Below are positions 38,201 through 50,589 of a DNA stretch of 64,000 bases, one piece after another (within the stretch, counting starts at the first letter, position 1; each line of letters starts with the position of its first letter). This DNA is from Phaeosaccion multiseriatum. Taxonomy: Eukaryota > Protista > Ochrophyta, other classes. Under the pieces are notes generated by a model, which saw only the letters and a list, made by a program, of their open reading frames with translations, was not told the DNA's origin and searched no databases. The stretch lies in assembly GCA_965112735.1 (NCBI GenBank), contig OZ218963.1, positions 1,488,001 through 1,552,000 of the forward strand. Direction: 5' to 3'. The position numbers were made by a program, and so were the translations under genes.

Positions 38201-41200
38201 TGAGCTGCCGACGAATCCGCTCGCTTAAAGAGCTCTTCCCGCTGGGCCTTGTGCCGTCGCTGCAATGCCCACTGGCGTTGCTGCCGTGCCTGCTGCTGTG
38301 CCGCTTGTAACCGCTTGGCCTGCTGCGTTGCCAACCAGGCTGCTGTCTCCTCCTTCGAGTCCACTCGTGGTGTGTCAGCTCGTCTGGCCGGCACTCGCAC
38401 TGTCCCCCCCCAGGAGGGCGCCAAGGGCACGCGACGCTCCCGCGGCACCTGTCGTTGCCCCAAGTCGCTCCCCCAAGCGAGACGAAGCCCTCGGTGATGC
38501 CAGGCGCAGGAGCCGTCAGCGCACAGCTCCCGTCGCAGCGGCAAAACTTGTCGTCGCACTTGCTCATGGCGCTCCAACACTGCTTGCCGATGAACCTGGT
38601 CCCACAGCACAGGAGACTCCACAAGCATTGATGCCACTCTCCGACGTTGCCGCTGCAACCGCCCAGCACCCACTCGACTCTGACGACACTGACTCCCCTT
38701 CTTGCCGCTGCGCTGCAAATGCTGAAACCGGGCCTTCACTGCCGGCTGAGGCACCAGAGTCGATGGCACCCCCACCTCAGTCCGTGGGTGCGTCAGGGCC
38801 TGCACCTGCACAGCTTGCAGCGGAAGCGCCGTAGCCCCCAGCTCAGCCTCCTCTGGTACCACCGAGCAGCGAACTACAGGCCCCTGCGGTGGGCACCAGA
38901 CCGGCTCAGCTCCTGCTTCAGCTTCAGCCGGCTGCTGCGACGCCTCCTCCTCCACCACAGACTCAACCGCCTCCCGCGCCTTGGACCATGGCAGCCTGCG
39001 CTTCACCACACGCCTCACCATCCCGCCAAGAGCACCAAGCCAGGAGGAGGGGGCCGCTGCAGTCTCCGGCATGGTATCTGAAGAAGCCGGCTCAGCGAGC
39101 ATGAGCGCGGCCACCTCAGCGCTCGCCTCCGAGTCGAGCAAGCAAGAAGCGGTGCCGATGACCTGCCCAGGAACGACCACAATGACCTGATTGTGGTGAT
39201 TCTGCACTGTGATTCGGTAACTCTGCCCCCCAGCATACACACCATCTTTGTGCGCCACTAGAACCTGCTCGTGCTCCAGCCACCATAGAACGTCCGCCTC
39301 TGCCGCCAAGTGTCCGTGAGCGCCCAGCTCCACCACCGCCTGGACACCCTCAACGATACCCGTAAGCTCGAGGAGAAGGGACCCCGTCTGTCCAGGTCCC
39401 AAGCTCAAAGCCTCCACAGCACGTACCCCCCCAACAGCAGCGTTGCCGTCCACCACTGCCAGCACTTGCACAGCCAAGGCATCGGACGGACGAGCATCCG
39501 ACGTGGCCTCCTCCGAAGGAGTCGGAAGCACGTAGAGCTGCTTCGCACGATGATCGACGACTGCCCCTACTTGGGTGAAGAAATCCTGCCCCAAGAAGAT
39601 GGGCCGCGCCAAGTGGTCCACCACATGAAAGGGTAGCACCGGCTGGCACGTCGGCGTGAGTCCCACCTGAAGCCAAACAAGCCCTCTGGACATAGTCTTG
39701 GCACGATTGTCAGCGTAAGACACCTGCACCCCCTTCTGCGTGGCGAGCTCTGACCGCTCCACCGTGCCATCCGCCACCAGTTGATTGAAGCAGGCTGTCG
39801 AGATGCAGCCCGCTCCTGTGCACCCACTGTCCATCAAGGCTGTAAAGGCGCTCTTCTCCACGGCGTCGGCGGCACTGGCATCCCGTGGAGCGGTAGCAGC
39901 CAAGCAATGCCGAGCGTCACTGACCTTCACTGGCGAGCGCACCGTAACCTCGATCGTGTGGCCCCGCCCTGCTGGGACTGCCGTACGACCCGTGGCAGCC
40001 ACCGCTTCGGCAATCTCAGCTCTCCGCACTGCTGTCTGCAAGGCGGCCACCCCCCCGGAGCGTCCTCCATCCGCACACGGTAGAGAGCCAAGGCAGCGCG
40101 TTGCACACACCCCTCACACATATCACACTCACTGTCAACAGCCGACGCACAGGCACAAGCTCCCGGACTGGGGGGCTCCTTGAGCAGAGCGACTCCCGCG
40201 CCAGGCTCCAAGGCTACTGCATGACAAGCACGTACAAACGGATCAAGGGCAAGCGTGTGCAGCCCCGCCTCCTCCGTCAACACCGCCGTGAAAGCAGCCT
40301 CCTGCTGATGCTGCTGTGCTGCTGCTGTCGCACGAGCACGCTGCCTCCGCTGCTTCCTCCGCACCCGCCGTCGAAGAGCTACTGCGCGCCTCGCTGCATC
40401 CTGCTGCTCCTGTGCCGCCTGCTCGTCACCCTTGCGCAGCGCTGCCTTCGCCTGCTGGGCACGCCGTCTCAACCACTTTGCTGCCACCCTCTGCTCAGTC
40501 CTGCTCCGCCCCTCCGCCGGAGGCACCGCTGGAGACGTCAGCGGCAGGGTCCGAAGGCTCTGCTCCTGCTGCTGAAGCTGAACCTCCTCCTGCTGCTGAA
40601 GCTGAACCTGCCACGCCCACTGTTCATGTTCCCCCGTGGGAGTGAATGGCGGAAGAGATGCTGCCCCGAGCGGTAAGGCCCGCACGAGGCCCATGGCCTT
40701 GGCCTGGCGAGGCGTCACCAGGGAGCACAGCTGCTGAGGCTGAAGCTCATCGCTTGACGGTGGGCTGGCTTTTGCAACCTGGACGGCAGCCTCGACAGCA
40801 TGACCCTGCTGCTGCTCCAATTGCTCCTGCTGCCCCCCCGCCACCTGCGGCTGCTGCTGCAGCAGCTGCTGCTGCTGTCCCAGCCGCTGTTGCCGCTCCT
40901 TCGCCGCACGCAGTGCGCGCTGTTCCGGGAAGGCACACGCACGCACCCGCTCCAAACCCCTTGCATCCATCCAGACAGACTCGTGTTGCGCAACGGTTGC
41001 CGCCTCGCACTCAACCTCCCCCACTGCCGACGGTGGCACCTGCTGCTCCGGACACTCACCCGCAACGACTGCATCCTCCTGGCGCAGAGGCAGCGGCAGC
41101 GCGACGTCAGGTCCGCTCGACGGCTCGACGGCAGAGCCGGGCTGCGGTGCTTCGACTAAGCACACGGAGCGTACCACTGGACACGGCTGCTGCTGCTGCT

Positions 41201-41572
41201 GCTGCTGCTGCTCCGGCGGCGGCAGCTGCTCGACTGCGGAAGCCGCTGGCGCAGCCTCCTGGTGCGCGCCCTCCACGACTACCTCTACTGCACGCTGCGC
41301 CTGCTGCTGTACCGCCGTCATCGCCGTGTGCTCACCAGCAACGACTGCATCCGGGCCGTCAGTGCCCCGCGACTGCTCGACCACAGAGCGTACCACAGGA
41401 CCCGGCTGCTGCGCTAGCTGCCGCTCCGGCTGCTGGCGCTGCGGCTGCGGCAGCTGCCGCTCCGACGCTGGCAGCTGCTCGACCGCGGACGGCGCAGGCA
41501 CAGCCTCTCTGTGCGCACCCTCCACGACTGCCTCTACGACACGGCGCTGCTGCTGCTGCTGCTGCTGCTGCA

Positions 41573-41604
<32 letters not shown>

Positions 41605-41894
41605 TGTTGCCGTTGTAGCCGAGCACGTTTGAGTCTGTCGCCACACCACATGTCACTCCGATAAACTCTGATGGCAGGTGACTCCTGCTCTACACGACTA
41701 GCCTGACCGCTCCTACGCTGAGCGTCGGCATGGGGCAAAGGTGGGTCTGACAAACAAGATAGGTGCGAAGTACATTCATTATCTTCTACACTGCTCTTGC
41801 CCGCCCTCCCCCCCTGTTCCCCCACGCCGACGCTATCCTCACGCGCTGCGGTCGTGGGCCCCAGGGCTGCTGGCCAAGCAGCCCCGGGGCACCG
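32203..41894 (-). CDS. pol: Pol of B: Q-rich spacer, Cys motif, protease, dUTPase-like, helical domain, RT, RNase H, DEDDy exonuclease, unknown domain, integrase, chromodomain
   Basis: ORFs 39927-41825 and 32203-40110 join if the G7 run at ~40050-40056 is G8; homolog D is continuous there. Motifs: ALMDSG; FVDD; STDAS; MDSEW/HHWSHD/YAFAD; HTDAIAGGH..CLAC; GADVAG, VSDQGSQF, NGQVER; WDGPY; EYNVRW..TWEW. Confidence 0.93.
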
Positions 41895-42195
41895 TCAGCC
41901 TTCGAACTTGAACCCGTCCTGCGCCGCCAGAGTGCCCGCCACCATTGCTGCTACGGCTTCAGACATGTCGGACTCCTGGTGCTGCGCTCTGACCGCCTGC
42001 CGCCGCTGCACGCGACTCACAATGCCGAGCAGCTCCTCACGCGTAGCGGGGATGGCGTTGCATTCTATCCATCCATGGCCGGCGCGGCGACAAGTCATGC
42101 AGTTAAATGGGGCATTGCCGTTGCCACGCTGCTTCACCGAGCCGTGGAACAGCAAGGGCCGCTGCTGGGTGGGCGTGAGCCGCGGCTGCTGCGCC

Positions 42196-42230
<35 letters not shown>

Positions 42231-44103
42231 TGCATTCACCCCCACCTCCTGTGACGGCTGATGGTCCAGATGCTGCTCCACCGAATTCACGGCCACTTCC
42301 AGATGCTGCTCCACCGCATTCACGGCCACTCCCCCGCGCGGAGTGCGCAGACCACCACCACCACCACCACGGGCCCGCGTAGCCCCACCAGTAGAAGAGA
42401 GCGTAAGTGGGCTACCAGCCTGGAGCACCCGAGTCGCGGAAGGAAATGCCTTCTGGAAGGCGGCGTAGAAATCACTCCACGAGGGAGTCGCCGACTCCCA
42501 GCGCAGCCAGAAGTTGGTCATGCCGTCAGTTAATGGCAACGAGCCGTGACGAAGCCGAATCTCGACCTCTGGCCGCAGCACCGCCAGCAGGCCCGTAACC
42601 AAGGCTTGCTCATCCGTGGCCTGCCCCGTCACCTGCGCCAGACACAGAGAGAGTTCCGCCAGCTTGGTGAGCAGCCTGGCGAGCGCCTGGTTCACCTCGG
42701 CAGGAACGGTGGACGCTTCCAGAGGCTTGGCCTCCCGCACCAACGTCTGGACAAGCTGCTGGAGGCCGTCTCGCGCAACAGGAACGCCGAAGAGACGCAA
42801 CAGACACCTCGCGAGCAATTGGAACTGTGCACTCTCCGTCTCCCACTCCAATGTGACGTGCTGGTCGCCCTCCATCCACGACGCACCCTTCTGAGCCTCC
42901 GCCAGGACAGTGGCCCGATCCACTGCACCCAAGTCGGCCAGCACTCGCTGCTCCATCACCCGCCCTTGGCCCGGAAGCACGGACCCAGTAGAAGTCAAGA
43001 TCTCCTGTCCTTGCAGAATGCTCACCCAGTTGTACATGCGTGCGAGCACCACAGCACGAGGATGAGGCTGTCCAGCCGCATCGAATAGAGAGGGAAGTTT
43101 CTGCTCCTGGAGCACACGGATAGCACCCACGGGCAGCGTGATCGTCTGCACCGTATGACGGGCGGGCGCCTGCAGCACATCCAGGGCCTGCTGCCGTGCC
43201 CGCTCCCGCTCCCGTTCCATGTCCCGCTGTAGCATATCCTTAACCTGCTGCTGCAGCACCTCTACCCCCCCGGTGCGGCATCCTTAACCTGCTGGAGCTG
43301 CGCCGCTAACAGCTCCCGCTGCAACGTCTCCACCTCCAACTGGGCAGCACCCTCAGGCGGCCGCTTCGGCGGCGGCTGCGCCGCCATCTGTCGCTGCAGC
43401 TCCGCCGCCACCTGCTGCTGCAGCTCCACCGCAAACTCCCGCTGCTGCTCCGCCCCCGCGAGAGCCGCAGCACCTCCAGTTCCCGCTGGAGGGCCGCCGT
43501 CTCCGCCTTGCTCTCCCGCAGTTGGGCCGCCATGAGCTGCGCAGCTTGGTGCTGCGTCAGCATCTCAAGCCCCTCCTGGAGAACCCGCGTGTCCTCCTGC
43601 TCCGGTGTCTTCTCTCCCTCCGCTGGCTGATCCACCACCCGAGCCCCGCCAGACGCACCAACAAGAGGGACCAAGGGCGTGCCAACCACATCCCACACCG
43701 TGCTCTCCTCCTGGCCCACCGACTCTGCATCCCCCGAGTGGAAGGAAACCTCCGACGCCGCCACCGTCAGCGGCCTCACCCCAGCAGCAGGAGGGGAAGC
43801 GGCAGCAGCCGTAATCGCAGACCCCTCAAAAAAAGAGGGCGACTCCAGGGACTCCTCCCCCCGACGCAACGCCGCCCGCACACGGTCCACAGCCCCAGGG
43901 CTGGCAGTGACCTCCGCAGGAGGAGCAGCAGCTTCCGATACCACAGACCCCACGTCCGCAGCACCACCATCAGCTCCACCGCCCTCAGCGTCACTCGTAG
44001 CGCCCTCCGCCGATGAAAGACTCAGGAAGTCCCCCTCCTCAGCCCTGGCCACCCTAGCAGCGTGGAACCGCAGGAAGTCCATCCCCGCCTCAGCCAGTGC
44101 CAC
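41895..44103 (-). CDS. gag: Gag of B (two apparent 1-nt frameshifts in G runs near 43455 and 43268)
   Basis: CCHC CMTCRRAGHGWIEC; triplicated V.VN[AS]VEQ spacer; the stop is in frame with pol. Confidence 0.82.
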
Positions 44104-44424
44104 CCTAGCAAGCCCAAAGCTGTCTACGGCCTAAAGCTGGGCAGCTGGAAGCAAAGCTCAAGCCAACACAATAAATCAGCCTCAAAGCTGGATCTCAGAC
44201 CTGTGTCTTTCGGGTCTTCCGGGTTGTCGAAACTACCGACAGCTAGCCTCAAAGCCAAGCTAGAGCAGAGCAGAAGCTGAAGCAAGCACCCGGAAGCCAG
44301 CCCACACGCAGGCTGCGCTTCCTTTCTTTTATTACTGATTTACCGTCTAGTTGGCCCGTTTTCCGGCCGTTACACTACTGATTGGGTCCCCAAGGGACCC
44401 CAACTAGGCCACATCTAACACGCC

Positions 44425-47063
44425 TCCACAGCGCCAACATCAAGATAGGATTGAGCTCCTTCCGCTTCGGCAAAGAGCTTAAGTTCCTAGGCCGCGTGCA
44501 CGACCGACGCGGCACACGACATGACCCCGCCAGAGTGCAGGGCCTGACCAGTCTCGCGGCCCCAGAGACGGCTGGAGATTTGATGACTTTCTTCTGCAGC
44601 CTGCAGTGGTTTCATCGATACATCAAGGACTTCGCTAAGCTAGTGGGTCCTTTGAACGCGCTGTTGAACAAAGCCCTCGGGCAGGCTAACGCTAAGCCTC
44701 ATCAGCACAAGCGCTCCAAGGCAGTGGCCAAGACGATTCCATTGGCTTCTGTGGGGTGGGACACAGAGCACGACGACGCTTTCTTCCAGATCAAGCGCGT
44801 TCTTGCACAGAACACGGTGCTGTCGCACCCAGACCCAACCAAACTGGCACTGGTATTCCCAGATGCTAGTGACCTCTACTGGGGATGTATGATTACATAC
44901 ATAGACCCCAAAGAGCTGTGCCTTCCGGTACATGAGATGAACCACATCCCGGTGGCCTTCGGCTCAGGCGCCTTTGAAGGCGCAGAGCTGAAGCGTGCCA
45001 CCATCGACAAGGAAGGAGACGCGACACTCCGAGGCTTGATCCAGAACGAGTACGCTTTGGTCGGTGCACAGAAAGTGCACATCTTTTGCGACCATCGCAA
45101 CTTGGCGTTCATGATGAGCAACGACAGCAAGTACCCTGGCATGACTAAGCCTATGAGGGACAGGCTGCAGCGTCAGGCCGTGCGCCTTCAGAGCTTTGAC
45201 TATGTCATTGTCCACTTCCCTGGTCATCTCCATGATTGGGCCGACCCCATTAGCAGGCGGTACACGCACCCGGTGAGCCTCACCCCTAGTGTGCTCGCCT
45301 TGGGCAAGTTTGGGCCCATGCAAGTGTTTGACACTATGTGTGACGACTTCACTTGGCCCTCCACAACTGAGATTGCCAGTCTGCAGGCCGACGCTCTTCA
45401 GGAGCTCCAGCAGGCTAGCAAGGAGGTGGGAGAGAACGGGCGCCGCCTGCTCCTCTCATCAGTTGGCGACGACGGGTTGATTCGAGCGTGCCATCCGACG
45501 AGCAACCCCGCTGACAGCACCCGCATTTGGATTCCCTCGGTGGGAGCCAAGGCGGAAGACATGCACCTGAGGCTGTGTGTGACTGGCCATCAGGGTATGA
45601 TGGGCCATCAGGGAGAGACAAACACCTTGAGTGCTATTAAGGAGAAGTTCATCTGGCAGTCGCTAGACAAGGACGTGCGCAGCCTCGTTCAGAACTGTCT
45701 CCACTGCCTCACCAACGGCAAGGGCGAGAGAGTGCCTCGCCCCCTGCTAGCTCAATGGCACGCCACTGGACCCCAGCAACTCATCTGGTTTGACTTCGTC
45801 AAGATTGGCGATGGAGTCATATGGGCAGAGTCCCCAGAAGGGTTCATGAAGCTTCAGGTCAAGCAAGTGCTGTGCATCTTTGATGATATTTCATCATTGT
45901 CAATGTATGAGCCATGTTTGGAAGCTACTGCACGAGTGTGTGCACGCGGTCTGTTGCGCTGGTTCGCACAGCATGGCGTAGTGCCCAGGTGGCAGAGTGA
46001 CCGAGGCAGTCATTTCCTAAATGAGGTGATACGTGAGTTAAGTCAGCTCTTGCGGTGCAACCACCACTTTGTGGTGGCACACAACCCATACAGTCGAGGA
46101 TTGGGCGAGCGTGGTGTACAGACACTGCAGAAGATCATGAGATCAATGATGTCTGAACTACGGCAGCCGCCCGAGACATGGCCGCAGCTACTGCCAGTGA
46201 TGGAGGCTGTTGAGAACAGCTCCAACAAGAGCAGTCGGTCTAACTTGTCTCCCATCCAGCTGCACAGTGGTCACGTACCACAGCGGCCTCTCGACACGAT
46301 TTTGATCCACGACGCGGATCGAATGCAAAAGGTTCGGCTACTGCAGCTGACCCCGGCGCAGAGAGACACCCTTGCGACACAACTCCATCAGAGGAAGGAG
46401 GGGCAGCGTGCCGAGGCGGCGCGCCAACTGACTACCCTCCGCGATCACAAGCGCGATGGCATCAACCAGAGGTTGATGAGTGGCAGACGTGGTGCAGAGC
46501 ATCGTCTGGACTTGGCCAGAGCTACGCAGCTCAACAGCGAGACCCTGTTTCAGGTCGGAGTCTACGTACTCGTTGCAACAGTAGGGCCTACAAGCAAGAT
46601 ACTAGGCAAGTGGCATGGGCCCTGCCGAGTGCTTGAAGCCCTTGAGCAACACGTGTACAAGGTGGAGGAGCTTGTGGGCAAGAAGCGTACCTATGAGGTA
46701 CACATCAGCCGACTCCGCTACTACTGCGGTGCTCACGTTAACGTCACTACCGACGTACTTCAACAGATTTCGTATAACACCCAAGACTTTGTGGTGGAGG
46801 CCTTTGAAGGCCTCGTTAAGCACGCAGATGCTTCATGGCACGTCATTGTTAAGTGGCGTGGCTTTGACGCCCTCGAGAATAGCGAGGAGCCCATCGAGGC
46901 GCTGCACGAAGATACTCCACGTTTACTGGAGACCTACCCGCAGCACCATCAGGACAAGCAGTTGATCAGCGCAGTCCGAGCCTATCTGCGCAAGACTACG
47001 ACGCGATCGGCTACTAAGCCGCCGCGCTCCGCGCGCACACGAAAGTGGACACAAACTAGATAG
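44425..47063 (+). pseudogene. pol: A2 RT-end, RNase H, integrase, chromodomain
   Basis: Nearly identical to A1 3077-5715. Confidence 0.92.
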
Positions 47064-47972
47064 ACACACTTACTTCCCAGTCGGCTCGAACTGTCGCTTG
47101 GGGGTAGTGTGGTAGATTGTCCTGCCTGAGGGTTTCCGGTCACACATTCTGGGGTATAATAAGAATGTCGGTTTCCTAGGCACGCCCCGAGGGGGATCAA
47201 CGGCTCTGGCGTTTCACCCTCCTCTTTGTGGGCACAAGCTTTGCATCAGCAAGTAGTAGAGATATATTATCAATACGGACACTGACGCCCCACCATAGGC
47301 GCAGCATATACTTAGTCCAAACCCCTTAACGTTTCTACTATCTTAGCTTAGCACAGACGAGATTTACTTCTTCTGCTATTGGAGTCGCCTCCTTGCTCGC
47401 TCTGCCGCTGCTTCACAAACTCTTCGCCCCCCCCCCGTCTCCCCCTCTCCCCCTCTCCCCCTCTCCCCCTCTGTACATTCCAGCATCAAGCTCGAGTGTA
47501 TCATTGAGAGGTGTGCTGTCTGGGTCTAGGTCGATATCGATACTTGCCCGGGGTTAAAATAGGGCTATGTCAGTATTGGTGTCAGGACCTCTTTTCTGGA
47601 ATGTCCTTTGGACTTCCACTTTCCTTTCTTTTATTCAACAAGGTACCCCCCCCCCCCCCGCTCGACGAGCAGGCTACAAGATTATAATAGGAGGCTTCAC
47701 ACATTGGCACAGAGCCTGTGGAGTATTCTCTAAACCCCTTGTAGAGCTTGTGGGCACAGCATAGTTTAAACTTAGCTTTACTAGAGGAAGAAAAGCTTGG
47801 AGCGGGTGTCAAGCAGTGCGGAGCTGTAGTCAAGCTCGCAGGCGAGACGCTAGCGCTCAGTACTCGAAGGAGAGCGGGCAAGCGCCCTGTGCGGACTCGC
47901 CGAGGAGGCTGGAGAACGCAGGCGGTGCGCTAGCGCTCACCGGAGAGGCAAGTAAATCATGTCCTCGGAAGC

Positions 47973-48262
47973 TGTTGCCTTTGCCTAGATAGGCTACACT
48001 ACCCACTTAGATTAATATTGCGCAATATTAATCTAAGTGGGTAGTGTAGCCTATCTAAAGGCAACAAAGACTTCTCCCACTCTCGGGTTCGATTCTCATC
48101 TGAGCTCTCTCTGCTACTATTTTCCTGTGGACTTGAGGTACCCATAGGACTTCTATATATTTTCCTGTGGACTTGGTGTACCCATAGGACTTCTACATCT
48201 TCTTGGATGGGTATTGATACCCTTGAATGGGCGATATTTTTGTTGCCTTTAGATAGGCTACA
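47973..48262. mobile_element. H3 element inserted in C
   Basis: Full hairpin, internal Z and a terminal 22-bp box; TSD AAGC. Confidence 0.9.
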
Positions 48263-50589
48263 AAGCGGACGCTCGTAATCGGGTTGCGGACGTGATGGTG
48301 CGGCCCTTGACCAACCCAGAGAGCCAGCGGGCGGCTCTAGAGTGGGTTCGCAACGACAGCGGGAGCAGCAGCGTCAGCAACAACAACAGCAGCCTGTCAA
48401 GGATTCGCAGCAGCAGAGGGGAACCAAACGGGGTCTTGATGAGGCCGAGGCACCTGGTACTGAGGAGCCGGCCAAATCTATCCAATGCTGGGCTTGCCGC
48501 CTTGACAACAGGCAGGGAGATATCTCCCACAGGATGAATGACTGCCCTCATGGCTACAGTGAAGAGCACAAGAAGAAGGCAGTAGACAAGTTTGCCAGAC
48601 GGCGTGCGAGGAAGAGGGGCGGTGGCAGGCATGGCAGGGTCCAGGCGCCTACCCTTCCTCCTCTGGCACCCGTGGGGGCAGACGGCAAGAGATTTGCCGA
48701 GGTGAAGGTACCGCAGAGTGAGTCGGCGGCTGAGGATGTCCTCGCCCTTGTGTCGATTCAGCCTGAATACCGAGCCGGCTTTGGAGAGAAGAGCAGCCAG
48801 GCCAAGCAGGTCAATGGAAGTGTACAATTTCTCACGACGCTTGATGAGGCTTGCGACTTCAGTCTCCTCATTTCCAGTGACCAAGTTGAGGCACTAGTTC
48901 AGCAGGCAGGACTCTCCCGGGAGCGGGCAGTAGTCGCCACTGAGCCAACCAACGCGGTCTTTCTTCGAGGAGAGTTGCCTTCTTTGAGCAAAGTTGTTCA
49001 GGGACTCAACCTCACTTTGAAAATGGCACACGGTGATATCCAAACGAAGGAGTTGGGCCCCGAGTATGGTTGCGCTTGGATATACGAGGCGGGGGACGCC
49101 CCACTTGTTAATCAGCGAATCATCATTGGCCGACCTTTTTTGGAGAAGCTGCAGGTGCCTAGCAGCCGTGCTACTCTTGAGGAGAGGGCACTGGCACAGA
49201 AGAGAGCAGAGTTGGCAGAGGCAGCCACTCTCAACCCGCAGGGTGTTGAGGCGGTGCGTGTGAGTCGTATCACAGCGCAGACCGCGAGTCATGCCCTGGC
49301 GGCATCTAATGAGGCCCGGCAGTCGACAGAGGAGGTAGCGTTTGATGAGGTATTTCCATCCGCTCCTCAAGGTCCACAGCTGGATGCCCAATATTGTAAT
49401 ATAGACAGTCAAGATTACTTTGCGCCTCATCCTGTTGATGCGCCTGTGAAGGCACAGCCGCCAACAGTGGAAGAGTTGCGCGTGACCCTTGGTGCCCGTG
49501 TTGATGAAGCAGTCAAGAATGGGACCTGGCCACTTGAGTATCGAGAGCCCTTGTTAGATGCTCTCCTGTCTAAACCCAATGTGTGGAGGAACAAGCTCCT
49601 CCTCACAGATGGACCAGCTAGGGTCCCCCCCATGGTAAATGAGTTTACCACTTCTGAGCCTGTCTCTCTGGCGGCCATCAGACAGCCTGGCGCAAAGGGT
49701 AAGTTCGTCAAGACGTTTGGTCAAGAGTTGATCGATAACGGTCTGCGCTACGACAACCCTCAGAGTACGAGCAGTAGTCCTGGCTTTGCGGTCCCAAAGC
49801 CAGTGGTGGCGGGGCAGCCCTTGCTTGGCCTATCGATTGTGTGTTGATTTGAGAGCGATCAATGCAATCACACTCCCGGCCAAGTGGTATATCCCCAACC
49901 TACTCGATGATGCGCAGTGCTTGAGAGGCTGTAAGAATTTTTTGGCGCTGGATTTGCGAGACTATTATTGGTAGCTATTGATGCGTGCTCGTGATGCGGT
50001 ACGTTTCACCATCATTACGCCCTACCATAAGATGACTCCAAGGCGAGTACTGCAGGGCAGCAAGAATGCAGCGTACTACGCTCAGTGGGTGATCAGCGAT
50101 ACGTTTCGCGAGGAGATCGGCAAGACTATGGTCAATTATATGGACAATTTGGCACCGTGTGCGAAGCAGCCTCAGCAGTTGGTGATTCAAGTCACTGACT
50201 TACTGGCCAAGCTGGATGAGCGAGAAGAACTTGAAAGTCAAGCCAACTTCTCTGGAGCTTACGGATAGCATGCATTTCTGCGGCAGGGTCTACAATAAGG
50301 ATGGCTTTCGTCAAGACATGAGTCGCGTGCAGGGCTTGCTGGAGCTGCAGCGACCTCAGACAGCAGCAGATTTGCAATTTTTCATCTGTGCGATGGGTTG
50401 GTGCCGAGACTTTATGCTCAACTACGCGCAGGAAATTCAGCCTTTGGTGGATCTTCTCAACTTGGCCTTCAGCAAAGTCAAGGTGCGGCGTGGTAGGCAC
50501 CCGCGTTCTCGCAGTGCCGCGCGCACAGTTTCATTGGAGGCAGAACACCCATGGTCCTGTAGCACGCAGTGGCAACGTCAATGTCATTC

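Larger units (their letters stand above)
31969..44420 (-). mobile_element. Full-length 12.45-kb exonuclease-bearing Gypsy LTR retrotransposon, copy B
   Basis: 196-bp TG..CA LTRs at 31969-32164 and 44225-44420 (one visible mismatch); TSD CGCC; PPT at 32165-32171; self-complementary PBS at 44216-44224. Confidence 0.97.
29123..47355 (+). mobile_element. Gypsy chromovirus copy A2, interrupted in RT by element B
   Basis: 248-bp LTRs at 29123-29370 and 47108-47355 (about 3 differences); TSD GACG; nearly identical to A1. Short frameshifting deletion in gag near 29955; pol resumes at 44425. Confidence 0.96.

Noticed and set aside
40045-40060. Programmed -1 frameshift in B before the protease (also G runs near 43268 and 43455)
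   Set aside because: All three are G homopolymers, and homolog D is in frame at the pre-protease position. Consistent with base-calling errors.
44382-44424. Independent start of an 893-aa gene
   Set aside because: The N-terminus is read from the B LTR; the ORF is the severed second half of A2 pol.
47420-47472. Telomeric repeat (CTCCCCCT)n
   Set aside because: Short, internal and not a recognised telomere motif; treated as a microsatellite.
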